This document shows positions 46,569 to 57,800 of a DNA stretch of 64,000 nt, in pieces. The translations under genes and the position numbers were made by a program. Origin of the DNA: an uncultured virus (IMG/VR IMGVR_UViG_3300044701_002219) (Duplodnaviria > Heunggongvirae > Uroviricota > Caudoviricetes); IMG/VR virus record IMGVR_UViG_3300044701_002219. The stretch is one strand, 5' to 3'. Every line of letters starts with the position of its first letter. Position 1 is the stretch's first letter. The notes beneath the pieces were generated by a model. It did no database searches. It saw only the letters and a program-made list of their open reading frames with translations, and was not told the DNA's origin.

Positions 46569-49500
46569 AAAGTTGATTAGGATCTTTTATACCTTTTTCT
46601 TGACTAAGGGCTTGTAAAGCATTAGTATTTATAGTAGCCATATAGTCAAAGTCGTTTTCAAAAGCTGTTTTAAAATCTTTAAGGATAAGATCTGGACCTT
46701 GGTAAGAAGTTGTCATATCGTAATATGTTTTACCGGTTTGCGGATCTATCTTAACTATACCCATATTTAAACGATAACCTAAGCCTTCTTTAGCTAGAGT
46801 TGCTGTACCTCCCATAGGATTTTCTATAGTAATAGATCCTTTTTGTTGCATAACAAAATCTAAGTCTGTAGTTTCAAACTTATCTATGATATTTTGAGGA
46901 ACAGCATCTTTTGGTAAAAATACTACTATACCCTCTTCATTATACTTTGTATCATTTTCAGGAATAGTTCTAGTTTTATTTTCAGTACTAGTATGCTGTT
47001 CTCCCCATGTCATTCCTGGAACAACTCTAAAGCCTATAAGGTTGGGATCATGAGCTGCTATACCGGTTATTTCAAAATTTCCAAGAGCTCGATCTTCTTT
47101 AGTAGGTATGCCATCTTTGTTGATAGGAGAACCCGTTGCCATAGTAGTTCTAAATAAATCTAATATTTTTTTAGCTGTAGCATTGCTAGATTCGGGAACC
47201 TCTACAAAATCACCATAAGTAACAACCGCTCTATCTCCAGCAATATCCATAGCTTTAGAAAACTCAAAGAAGTCTTTAGCCCCAATACTATTTAAGTTAG
47301 CCGCATCTATATCAGATGCTAAAGCCATGCCCTTCATACCAGTAGTTTTTCCTCCTTCTAGATTATTCCAAGAAGATGCGTTTTCTCTATAGTTATGTTT
47401 AAATAACTTAAAATCGCTTTCTATATTTTTAGCTACAAAAGCTAAAGCATTTTGATAAGAATCTCTTGAAAAATCTTTAACAGACATATCAGCATCTCTT
47501 TGAGGACGGCCTACAAGCTCACCAAAATGCTGCTTATTTTCATTAGCAAAGTTTTTTATAAAGTTTGCTATTCTAATAGCATTAGCTGTTATTGGAACTG
47601 CTCTTAAATAAGGATTTTTTGGATCATACGCAGTAGTAAAAGTAGTTATTCCTTTTCTTTTTAATAGATCTATAGATTGTCTTTCTTGAGGAGTTAGTAT
47701 AAGTTCTCCATCCTTAGTATTTGTACTAGAATCTAAATATTGTATAGCACCTACTATATCAGAGTATTTAGGCATAAAACCTTTATTACCCGCTTTATCT
47801 AAAAGCTGAGCCATAAGATTTTTTCTTAACTCTGGTTCTGAGATTTGTCCTTCAGCCAAGAAAGATCCAGAATCTCTTAATGGAGTCTGAACATTATCGT
47901 TTGTTTCTAGATCTCCTTTATAAGCTAAATTATCTACTTCAGCATTAAACTTTTCTTTTGTTATTAAAGCTTGTTTTTCATTGTGGGCCTCAATAGCTTC
48001 TTTTACCTGAAGCTTTTCTTTATAAACATTAGCAATATTGTTAGATGCCTGCTCTAATCCTTCAGTCCATTTCTTATATAAATTGTAAGAATATGATTTA
48101 GGATTAGTAATAGCTCTAGCAGCATCGTATCCGCCTTTTAGATTACCTGATTCGTTTAGAGCATCGTTAAACTTTTTAGCTTCATCTGTAGAACCTTGTA
48201 TAAGATTTTTAATATCTACGTATCCTTTTTTACTAGGATCTGTTACGTTTATACCAGCCCCTTTAGCTATATCATAAATAGCAGGAGCAATTTCTTCTGT
48301 TGATGCTTTTTCTCCTTTGTAAGCTATTTTCGCAGTATTAATTACTTCATTAATCATTTGCCTTTGGGTTTGATTAAGAGTATTAATAACCTCGTTATGT
48401 TTATTAATATTAGCTTCTTCTGCTACATTTTTAGTTTGACCAAAAAGCGCATTTTTAACTACATTTTTTGAAAGATCCCAAAGATTACCTGTTGCGGTAC
48501 CACCTTTAACTACTGGAGTATACCCTTCCTGGCCTATACGAGACTGAGCTTCTTTAGCTTGCTTCTTTTCAAACTCTTGCTCCATCTCTTTAATCTTAAC
48601 CTTAGACATATGATCTGTACCAGGTACATAAACATTCTGTTTAGTTACAGGATCATAAACTATATAACCTTCACGGTTTTTAGCAAGTCTTTCTGTAGAA
48701 GCTATTTGTTTATTTTGTAAGGCTACCTGATTAGCTTTATATTCTACCTCCATAGTATTAGCAGCATAGAGGCTGGCTGAGTTAAGAGCTTCTTGTTTTA
48801 ACATAGCTATAGCTACGTTGTTATCCATGTTATCAAGAACAAAGTCTATGTTGTCTCTATTTATACCTAAAGATTTTAGACCCTCAAAGTTCTTATCATA
48901 TATTTGTTTCTTCTGTTCGATTACCGGTTCTTCACCTTTCATATCTAACCAGGCATCTAACCAGCCAGAGCTTTCTAGGTATCCGTCTTCCTTAACAGTT
49001 TTATCTATGAGCTTGCTTTTAGCTTTTACTATATCTAGTTCTTTCTGTGTTTTGTTTTTATCTTTTTCAGCATCTTCTAAAGATTTAGCATAAAGACTAC
49101 TTACGTAAGCCATATTAGCTTCTTTCTCATCGTTGTTGTATTCTCCAAGATTTTGACCAACCCAATCCTTACGTTTTACATAAGCACTAGCTTTTAGGTA
49201 ATCCATTACTTTAGGATCTTGTCCATATTTAGAGATGTACCATTCTGCTAAGCTACCAACCATATCTGTACCATTAGTTGTAGTAACAATATAGTCTCCC
49301 TGAACCTTATCCATCTTAACTTTAAAGCCGGCATCTTTTGCTGCTTTAATAGCATCATCTGTAAAGTTCTGAGCCGCAACGTAACTAACATCCTTCATAT
49401 TCATAGTTTGCTCTCTGCTAGCATTAGCAAACTCTTGTCTTTTATAATCTAAATATTTATCTCCACCTTCCCACCAAGAACCTCCGCATTTTTTAGGATC

Positions 49501-49887
49501 TGTACAAAGCTTCAACATCTCTCCTCTACTCTTCTGATTCATCCAGTTCTTTGTATAAGCCATATCCTTTAGGATATACTTATCCTCATACAAACCTTTA
49601 AAAACATTCATAGCCTGATCTACATTCTGCTGCAAGGATAAATCCATACCAGCCATTTTGTTGATATCTTGTTCTATAGACTTAAAGAAATCTTCTCTTG
49701 CTGTAATATTATCTTGATGGGTAAGAGGCGAGTTTAACAAAGTACCATAGACACTACTAAGTTGTTTCTTATTAGCATCATATCTACTCTGTTTAGTTTG
49801 AAGAATATTACCTAAGAAATTAAAGTCTGGTTGAAACGGTTGTATCTGAGGAATGTATGTTGTTACGCCTTGTATGTATGTTGCCAT
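46555..49887 (-). CDS. Putative virion cargo/internal protein
   Basis: 1110 aa, helical, begins MATYIQGVTTYIPQIQPFQPD; crAss-like cargo gene position. Confidence 0.7.
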   Translation of the reverse strand: MATYIQGVTTYIPQIQPFQPDFNFLGNILQTKQSRYDANKKQLSSVYGTLLNSPLTHQDNITAREDFFKSIEQDINKMAGMDLSLQQNVDQAMNVFKGLYEDKYILKDMAYTKNWMNQKSRGEMLKLCTDPKKCGGSWWEGGDKYLDYKRQEFANASREQTMNMKDVSYVAAQNFTDDAIKAAKDAGFKVKMDKVQGDYIVTTTNGTDMVGSLAEWYISKYGQDPKVMDYLKASAYVKRKDWVGQNLGEYNNDEKEANMAYVSSLYAKSLEDAEKDKNKTQKELDIVKAKSKLIDKTVKEDGYLESSGWLDAWLDMKGEEPVIEQKKQIYDKNFEGLKSLGINRDNIDFVLDNMDNNVAIAMLKQEALNSASLYAANTMEVEYKANQVALQNKQIASTERLAKNREGYIVYDPVTKQNVYVPGTDHMSKVKIKEMEQEFEKKQAKEAQSRIGQEGYTPVVKGGTATGNLWDLSKNVVKNALFGQTKNVAEEANINKHNEVINTLNQTQRQMINEVINTAKIAYKGEKASTEEIAPAIYDIAKGAGINVTDPSKKGYVDIKNLIQGSTDEAKKFNDALNESGNLKGGYDAARAITNPKSYSYNLYKKWTEGLEQASNNIANVYKEKLQVKEAIEAHNEKQALITKEKFNAEVDNLAYKGDLETNDNVQTPLRDSGSFLAEGQISEPELRKNLMAQLLDKAGNKGFMPKYSDIVGAIQYLDSSTNTKDGELILTPQERQSIDLLKRKGITTFTTAYDPKNPYLRAVPITANAIRIANFIKNFANENKQHFGELVGRPQRDADMSVKDFSRDSYQNALAFVAKNIESDFKLFKHNYRENASSWNNLEGGKTTGMKGMALASDIDAANLNSIGAKDFFEFSKAMDIAGDRAVVTYGDFVEVPESSNATAKKILDLFRTTMATGSPINKDGIPTKEDRALGNFEITGIAAHDPNLIGFRVVPGMTWGEQHTSTENKTRTIPENDTKYNEEGIVVFLPKDAVPQNIIDKFETTDLDFVMQQKGSITIENPMGGTATLAKEGLGYRLNMGIVKIDPQTGKTYYDMTTSYQGPDLILKDFKTAFENDFDYMATINTNALQALSQEKGIKDPNQLFGKK

Positions 49888-49897
49888 TTTATTCTAA

Positions 49898-49944
49898 AAG
49901 TTTATACAAAAATATTATAAGTTTATTAAACCTCGTAAGTTTAT
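49898..49944. repeat. Three AAGTTTAT direct repeats in a short intergenic spacer
   Basis: Copies at 49898-49905, 49919-49926 and 49937-49944. Confidence 0.6.
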
Positions 49945-52484
49945 GAGATCATTCCTTGGGTATTTTGAATCATACCTTCTAGCTCTTGATTTTTAGATCT
50001 GCTACTAGATTTACCTTGGATCATATCCCAAATAACCTTATCATCAGTACCGGGTAACATCTCTTTATATGTTTTAAACTTTTCGATTACAGAATCTGTA
50101 CCATCGTAAGCATCCGGAACAATTGGTCCAGTAGCTCCTGTAAACACAATCTGACCTCCAGACTCTGGAGTAATCTGATAGTTCTCTGACAATAAGTTTG
50201 TGTTATAAGCATTAACTTTATTAGTAAGAGCTGTTGTATAAGCGTTTGTAAAATTCTGTAAAGCGGCGCGTCTATCGTTCTCTAACTGTTGATTAAACAT
50301 TGTTTGCTTATCGTATAAGTTTGTAGCTAAACCTGCTCTTTCTCTAGATGCTTGATTTAGTAAATTATTCTTTTGAGCTAAGTAGTTATTCATAATACCT
50401 ACATTAGTATTAGCATAGTTAGCTATCTCAGCAGAAGATTGTGCAGCAAGCTTTCCAAGAATATCACTAGCCTGAGAAGAAAGTTTCTTTCCTCCGGCAA
50501 ACGTACCTAGCTGACGACCTAAAGTATTAGCCATACTAGTAGTTGCTGCTATGGATTGACTAGGATCAACTAAAACAGCTTCGTTCATATATGTAGCAGG
50601 AGCTGCTTGCCAAGGAGGTGTGCCAGTTATAGTAGCCCAATCACCAAAAGCTTTTGATACTCCTAAAATATCTTGCGCAAAGAAAGGAGCTCTAGTACTT
50701 TTAGCAAAAGGAATAAGCTGTTGTTTTTTTCTTTTTTGTTGTTCTTCTATTTCCGTCTCAGCAAGAAGATCTTCTTTAGGAGTCATACCTGTAATACCAG
50801 CAACTTGTCCAGCTGTAGTATTTGTATAAAAATCATCCGCTCCAGAGATCTTACTTTTCTTACCACCTCTTCCGATATCTTCATCAGATACTCCAAGTTG
50901 CTCTACCTCAAATCCTTCTAGCTTAGTATTTATATCAGCATCTTTAATCTTACCTGCTTTCTTATCATTGATTAATCCTTCGTAACCAAGATATATTAAT
51001 TGCTGTAAAGCAGCTTTACCTCCAGATCCTGTTGCACTGATTGGTAATCCTACTTCTTTATAAATAGTATCTAGATTAGGATATTTTTTACCAGTCTCAG
51101 CATCGCAACCTCCTTTTCCTTTAATAAAGTTTCCTTTGTTATCATAACAGTTATAACCTTCTTTGCCTAAGATTTGAGCAACCTTAAGGTTACGCTCATT
51201 CATCTCTAAAAACTGGTCAACAATTTCCTCAGGCTTCATAGCATTAATCTTAGCTTCTGTTAAACCTTTTTTGTTTGCAGCTTTATCTTTAGATAGCTCT
51301 ATTACTTTTTGCTTAAGAGCTTCAGCAACTTTAGGATCGGATATTCTTTCTTTTAAATACTCTAATCTTCCTGCAACATCTTTTCCTTCTAGAACAGATT
51401 TTTCTCCTACTGTATAATACTTACCATCAGAAGCTTTAGTATAAACTTTATATTTACCATTAGCTTCTTTAAAGGCGGCATCTCTAGCAGCAGTATATTC
51501 TTCATCAGTTTTATATTGACTTCTGTCTATCACCTTAGCATTCTTTGGAAGCACTTGCTTCTTGACTTTAGTTTTAGTAGTAGTCTCAGAAGTAGTTGTC
51601 GGATCTCCCTGAAAGATATTCGGATTCATTGGTATATTATAATCTTGTCCAGGGTTGCCTATGCCTATTACATTACCATCTCTATCTAGTACTTCATATA
51701 CACCAGTAGTAGAATTAAATCTCATACCAGCAGGTCTAGCTGAACGGTTTCCAAATAAACCTTTTCTTGCTTTAGGTAAAGATCCTTTTACTTCTTTACC
51801 GTATCTAGCCATATTATCACCATCTGGTTGTTCCGGCTGTCCTTGAGTTTGAGTATAACCTTGGATAGGATCCATGTTAATAGACTCTATATAAGGCATA
51901 GCTATTTTAGGAACACCCTGTGGGAAACCTTTTAATGACTCTTGTGCTAAAGATAATTTACCTAACTTTAGATTGTAGTTAGCAATCATCATTTCCGCAG
52001 TCTTCCTTTGTAGATCATCGCTATCCGGATCAGCTAACACTTCACGGAATTTATTGATATCGTATTGTTTAGCCAAATCAGCCGGCGTGTATCCAGATCT
52101 TCTATATGTTTTATTAAACATCTTTAGAACATCCTCATCTTTAATCTTCATAGATCTATCTCTAGAAAAGATAAAAGAATCTTCCGGAAGATTTAAAGGA
52201 GTGCCTCCTTCGTAGTGTCTCTTCCCACCTATTCTATAGTGTTCAGTAATACCGTCTTGGTTAAGATCTGTAACAACGGTTTCTCCTTTTTCTGCTTCTA
52301 GATTAGCTCCTTCCCAAGAAGAAGGTAATATAGTAGATCTTGTTTTTATATCTTTTGCAGAAAACTCACCAGCCATTACAGGCCAAGAAAGCTGGTTAGC
52401 ATTAAAGCCCATACCAGCATTCATCTTAATCTCAAAGCCTGACTGAGCTTTGGGCATAGAGGTTATTCTAACTTTTCTTTTCAT
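49941..52484 (-). CDS. Putative virion cargo protein
   Basis: 847 aa. ANLEAEKGETV...GKRHYEGG...FIFS domain typical of crAss-like cargo proteins; Gln/Asn/Ala-rich helical C-terminus. Confidence 0.7.
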   Translation of the reverse strand: MKRKVRITSMPKAQSGFEIKMNAGMGFNANQLSWPVMAGEFSAKDIKTRSTILPSSWEGANLEAEKGETVVTDLNQDGITEHYRIGGKRHYEGGTPLNLPEDSFIFSRDRSMKIKDEDVLKMFNKTYRRSGYTPADLAKQYDINKFREVLADPDSDDLQRKTAEMMIANYNLKLGKLSLAQESLKGFPQGVPKIAMPYIESINMDPIQGYTQTQGQPEQPDGDNMARYGKEVKGSLPKARKGLFGNRSARPAGMRFNSTTGVYEVLDRDGNVIGIGNPGQDYNIPMNPNIFQGDPTTTSETTTKTKVKKQVLPKNAKVIDRSQYKTDEEYTAARDAAFKEANGKYKVYTKASDGKYYTVGEKSVLEGKDVAGRLEYLKERISDPKVAEALKQKVIELSKDKAANKKGLTEAKINAMKPEEIVDQFLEMNERNLKVAQILGKEGYNCYDNKGNFIKGKGGCDAETGKKYPNLDTIYKEVGLPISATGSGGKAALQQLIYLGYEGLINDKKAGKIKDADINTKLEGFEVEQLGVSDEDIGRGGKKSKISGADDFYTNTTAGQVAGITGMTPKEDLLAETEIEEQQKRKKQQLIPFAKSTRAPFFAQDILGVSKAFGDWATITGTPPWQAAPATYMNEAVLVDPSQSIAATTSMANTLGRQLGTFAGGKKLSSQASDILGKLAAQSSAEIANYANTNVGIMNNYLAQKNNLLNQASRERAGLATNLYDKQTMFNQQLENDRRAALQNFTNAYTTALTNKVNAYNTNLLSENYQITPESGGQIVFTGATGPIVPDAYDGTDSVIEKFKTYKEMLPGTDDKVIWDMIQGKSSSRSKNQELEGMIQNTQGMIS

Positions 52485-52485
52485 A

Positions 52486-54861
52486 TTAATCTATATATTC
52501 GATAGTACCACCCATAGCCATAAACTGATCTATGTCGTCTTCTGTCATTTCGTAAACTCCACCTAAGTTATACATACCTCCACCGTATTTAGCACCGTAG
52601 GTTGTAACATTCATATCTCTAGGAGATGCTGGTCCAGATCCCCATGGAGTAGTTGTTAAACCTTTAGTAGGATCGCCAGGTAATACTTGATTATATGGAT
52701 CAAAAGTATTATAACCTTTACTCATAGAAGACGCCATATTCCAATTCATAGGATCTTTCTTACCCTCCATCCAGTCTTCATAAGCAGCTCTTTGACTAAA
52801 GTTAGAACCTAAGAATCTGTTACCAAAAGCTGTAGCAGCATTCATATAGTTCATAGCACGATAAGGATCTATACCCATCTTACCTTTAGTATCAATATCC
52901 CATTGCTCACCTCCATCATCATACATAGGTGCTACATCGTCAGAGTAATCTGTATCTCCACCTAAAGCTTTAGTATTACCAAACATTCCTGCAGGACCTG
53001 TATATCCAAAAGGTCTTGTTGAAATATTACCAAATGGTGTAGATAGCATAGCTGGAATATTTTTATTTTGTGGAGCAGGTGGAGTCTGAATAAAATCTGA
53101 TATACCATCGTTATTAGCATCTAACATTGGCCCAGACATAAAACTAGGAGCTTGCTTTGCTGCAGCTGGAGGAGTATATGGTTGAATAAAATCAGATATC
53201 TGATCCATATTCCTATCTAACATTGGTCCTGCTGTAGAAGTAGATGATCCTATGGAACGATCTCCTGCAGATCCTGCTCCAGGTTTTCCTTGATTATAAG
53301 CTTGTAACAACTGAGATGTAGATGGAATGTTTATATCTCCCATAGGAGTATTTACAGTAGTTGGGAAACCAGGTTTATCGCCATCTTTCTTTTCAACTGG
53401 TACTGTTTGTCCAGAAGGAAGTGTTCTTAGTTCCATGTGAGTCTTAACTCTCTTAGGTCCAAGTTTAGGAAACAACCATCTATTTTTTACCTCTTGATTA
53501 AACTTAAGCTCTAAACCTTGATCTCTGTATTTCTTAATAAGTTCTGCTTTTTGTTCTGGACTAAGTTCTCTGTTAAACATGTTAGGATCAAATCCTGAAG
53601 GTACTCCTTCAGAGAACACTTTTCCTCTATCATTTCCGCCAGGACCAGTATGTCTAAACTTACTTACGTAATAAGGATTAAAAAAAGGATTATTATTGGG
53701 AACAAAATAATTAAGATTAGGATAGCTGCCATAAGGATAGCCAGTATTTTGACCATAGTTTTGCGCAATGTTTCCATAGTACTGTTCTAACATCTGTTGT
53801 CTCTGAGCGTTCCTTTGTTTCTCATACTCTCCCATCATAGTGTTAAAAGTATTTTGATCAAAAGGATTTGAAGCAGGTGCTTGGTTAGCATTTTTTGTAG
53901 GAGTAGAAAACTTAGGCATCATTACGGTACCCATCGGAGTGTTCAAAGGATTTGCTTCTACAACACCTTGGATCTGATGCTTAGGTAGACTACCACCTTT
54001 TTTACCAAAATATTTCTTGTAAGTATTTACAGCTTTTCCTAAAAGCTCCTGACCGACCGGTCTCATCATGCTCATATCTCTCTGATCCATCTCATCAATC
54101 TGATTCTGCATCTGATTCATCTGTAGACCATATGGGTTTTGCATTCCACCATAGGCAGCCATAGGCATTCCCATCTCAGGTGATTGCATAACCTGATTAG
54201 CATAATCCTGTGCTTCGTTTACATCTTGAATAAGTTGGTTCTGAGCTTCTTCTTGGATAGCAGATTGAGTCTGGTTAGTTAGAAACTCCTGGAAACGATT
54301 TTTATAATCACTTATATAGTTAGATGTATCATATCCTTGAGGAGCGCTTCCGCCGTTATTATATTTTGCTTTTCCTTTTGTAGGAAGTAGTACATCGTTA
54401 AGAGCAGACATAGCCAAGTCTCCGCCAATGTTATACATAGCTAGATTCTCAGATGGATCTTGCATAGTCATTCCACCGTATTGAGGCATAGGAAAAGAAC
54501 CGTAACCAAAAGCACTACCACCAACATCGTATTTCATACCGCCGCAGTTATAACAAGGTTGACCGCCTTTAGCAAAAGAAGGTTCGAAAGGATACCCAGA
54601 AAAGAACATATTTTCAGGAGGTTGTTGAGGAAACGCTATCCCTCCTTCTGCATAATAAGCTCTTTGAGTAGTAGGTATATGACCTCTAGAAAAAAAAGTA
54701 TTTTCATCTGGTTGCTGAGGAAAAGCTGTTCCATCAGTAGATCCACCTATACCAAACTTCTTTTTAAAAGAGGCTTCTGTAGGATATTCTTTATAGAAAG
54801 CTTCTATACCTTCTTTAGTATTAGAAAAACCTCCCATTTTTAACATTTGTGCGGCTGTCAT
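52486..54861 (-). CDS. Low-complexity cargo protein with about 16 xxxGG motifs
   Basis: 791 aa, rich in G/M/P/Q; repeated YAEGG, FAKGG, YDVGG, YNIGG, YNNGG, YDDGG, YNLGG and similar. Confidence 0.75.
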   Translation of the reverse strand: MTAAQMLKMGGFSNTKEGIEAFYKEYPTEASFKKKFGIGGSTDGTAFPQQPDENTFFSRGHIPTTQRAYYAEGGIAFPQQPPENMFFSGYPFEPSFAKGGQPCYNCGGMKYDVGGSAFGYGSFPMPQYGGMTMQDPSENLAMYNIGGDLAMSALNDVLLPTKGKAKYNNGGSAPQGYDTSNYISDYKNRFQEFLTNQTQSAIQEEAQNQLIQDVNEAQDYANQVMQSPEMGMPMAAYGGMQNPYGLQMNQMQNQIDEMDQRDMSMMRPVGQELLGKAVNTYKKYFGKKGGSLPKHQIQGVVEANPLNTPMGTVMMPKFSTPTKNANQAPASNPFDQNTFNTMMGEYEKQRNAQRQQMLEQYYGNIAQNYGQNTGYPYGSYPNLNYFVPNNNPFFNPYYVSKFRHTGPGGNDRGKVFSEGVPSGFDPNMFNRELSPEQKAELIKKYRDQGLELKFNQEVKNRWLFPKLGPKRVKTHMELRTLPSGQTVPVEKKDGDKPGFPTTVNTPMGDINIPSTSQLLQAYNQGKPGAGSAGDRSIGSSTSTAGPMLDRNMDQISDFIQPYTPPAAAKQAPSFMSGPMLDANNDGISDFIQTPPAPQNKNIPAMLSTPFGNISTRPFGYTGPAGMFGNTKALGGDTDYSDDVAPMYDDGGEQWDIDTKGKMGIDPYRAMNYMNAATAFGNRFLGSNFSQRAAYEDWMEGKKDPMNWNMASSMSKGYNTFDPYNQVLPGDPTKGLTTTPWGSGPASPRDMNVTTYGAKYGGGMYNLGGVYEMTEDDIDQFMAMGGTIEYID

Positions 54862-54896
54862 GTTTGTAGTTGTTTACGCTGTTAATATACGAAAAA

Positions 54897-57800
54897 TTAT
54901 TGATATTTGTTTAGCCAGTTAGGCTGACCACCCTTTTTATATTCTCCTGGCCAACCTGTATTGTAGTTTTCAAAAAGTTTTTTAGCATATTCAAGATAAG
55001 AATCTTTTTCTTGAGGTGTCATATTACTATAAGACTTACCGTAAAAAGGATACGATTTATCTGCTTCTAATATTTTTTCTCCTCTTTTACCAATTAAAGC
55101 ACGATTAGTTTTTTTCCATTGAATAGCTTCTTTGGGTAAAAAATCGAAACGTGTTTTTCCTGGATTTTCTTTTAACCAGTTCTTTAAAGTTTCTTCGTAA
55201 TAAGGTTTATTTTTATAATATTGCTTGTACCAATCTTCATAGCTACCTTGGGTGTAATCGTGTTTAGGAGCAAACCTAAATTCAAAAGGACCGTATTCTG
55301 CAAACGGATCTGGAGCTTGCGCTTGAAATAAAAAATCGTAATAAGGACTGGATGATTGACCTGTGGCTCTATATCCATAATCTTGCATAGGAACATGAGT
55401 AGCTTGGTACTCTGCTATAGAAAAAGGATCGTTACGGTCTACTCCGGCTAAATCCATGTTTTCAAACTCTGATCTTGGTCTCCACCACGCTTTTTTACTC
55501 ATATCATAAGAATAGCCTGTATATGATTGTTTTCCTTTACCACCTGCTGGAAGTTCACCTTTTACTCTTCTATATGTAGTACCAAATTCATCAAGAGCTT
55601 TTTTAGTTAGAGTTTCTGTTTTAGCTGTAGAAAGTGCTGCGCGGTTTAAATCTTTAACACTAAGTTTTTCACCAATAAGGCCTTCCTTTTGCAAATCTTT
55701 TATAAACTGTCTTCTTCTTAAGAAGCCCATAAGATCTTTCTGTTTTTCCGGATCCATCTTTTGAAGGTTAGATGTTTCTGATCCAGGAAGATTAGAAGAA
55801 CTAGTATTAGGAATTTCTTTTAATTTAGTAAAAGGTTTTTTAGCTATGTTTTTTACTCCAGATTTTAACCCCGCTCTTATAGCTTGAGGAAGTTTTGTTA
55901 TTTCGGCACCGATTAAATTTGCAGGATCTAAGATGGCATCAACAGCAAAAGCTCCGTAAGGATTCTCAATGTTCATAGCTTCCGATGGAGTTTGCACTTT
56001 ATCGGTTAACCCATATACAGTACTAAGCTGAGGTGTAGTAAAAGGTATCATAGCTACATCATACAAAGCTTTTCCAAAACCTTGGCTAGGATCTTTATAC
56101 CAGTCTTTTCCTCCAGATGCTTCGGCTAATCTTTCTGTTAGCTGATCCGCAAAGCCTCTAGGTTTTACATCTGTAATATCAACCTCAGGTAAAGTAGTAG
56201 CAACGTAACTTGTGGGCTGTCCTTCTCTATTAAACTCTCTTGTTAGATTTCCTGATTTATAAAGCTCAGCATACTCTTTAGGAGTTACCTCCCTTACAGT
56301 ACCATCCGGCATTTTTACTTTAGCTTTTACCTCGCCTTTCTTTTGATAGTTATCTAACCATCCTCCGGTAGACATCTTAGCAGCTTCTGTATCAGGCTCA
56401 AACTGAGGTTCAAAACCCGCAGGAGGTGCTGCTGTACTACTAGGTATATTTTTGTTATAGATTCTTCTACCCATACTTGCTGGAGTATTCCAAGACTCTA
56501 CATAAACAGGCTCATACAATCTAGTCTCAGGATTAAACCTTTGCTTAACAAATCCTTGTGGTACTTTAATCTTAGCAGTAATATCAAGTTCTTGTTTAGT
56601 AGGCTCTGGCATAGACACCTGCCTCATCTCCATGTACTCAGGCTTTTCTTTTATTGGCTCATATACATTATGAATTACTGGTTTTTTAAAATGTCCAAAA
56701 TAAGCAGTATTACGATATCTTGGATCATATTCAGCAAGATAAGGAGCTAAACCAGTTTTTTCATCTTTCCAGTATTCTTTTTCTTGTTGTGTTAAAGGTC
56801 TTGTTTTAAGACCTGGTGTAAAAGTTTGATCATTTGTTTTTCTTACATATAAACTATCCATTTCAGCTTTATGAGCTTTGTCATATAAATCTTTATCAGT
56901 ATAAGTAACTACTCTAGGTGCTATACCAGCCTTTTGATATTTATCTAACCACCCGCCTTGCTTTTTGCTAGGCAGCTTTTTAGCAAACTCTAAAATGTTT
57001 TTTCTTTCTTGATCTGTAACCGTATTTTTGGAAGAAGACTTTTTCATAGGAAGTACTAGCCCAGATTTTGTTGCTTTTTCTTCTGCAAGTTTAGAAAGAG
57101 CTGTTTGTTCTTTTGGTTTTCCTTGTACCTCATAAACAGGAATCTCGCTATTTACATCCTTTACATAATCTATCTCATTATTTTTTAGATAAAAATCTAC
57201 GTACTCTCTAGTTAAAGCTTTTGACGGAGAGTTGTGCATTAGAGTAGTAAGCTCAACTAATTCTTGAGGTTCTAAATCCGGGTACTTTTTTTCTAGAAGA
57301 TGGTAGTTGTCTATAGCTAAATTAATAGAAGATAAAAACTGGTTCTCTAAATTATCAAATCCTGTTTTATGAAACCTTCCTCTTTTAGATAATTCTTTTT
57401 GCTGGAAAGCTCCTTTACTAGAAGGACTGTTATATTTTAAATATTCTCTGGCTTCTTTATCTAGTTTACGGTCTTTATATATTTCTTCTATAAAGTGTTC
57501 TTTGCTTCTGTATTTATTTTTTACATTGTTTGCGTTTCTAGACCAGTAATCTTCTATCCAGTTATCTTCTGCGTTTATACCTAGACTATCTGCAAGTTTT
57601 CTAGCTATAGATACCGCACCTTCAGGAACTAAAGATTTTGCCAAGGATCTTGGACCAGAAGAAGATTCTTTTTCTTTTATACCAAGCTGTTTTAAAAATA
57701 ACTGATCTAAAACTTCTGGAGGAAGATTAGATGACTTACCTATCTTCTCATAGTTTTTATTATAATAATCATAAAGCTTAATATCATCTTGACGAAGATA

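Noticed and set aside
54581..54600. GGTTCGAA resembling a tRNA T-loop
   Set aside because: It lies within a CDS and no cloverleaf forms around it. No tRNA genes were seen in the window.
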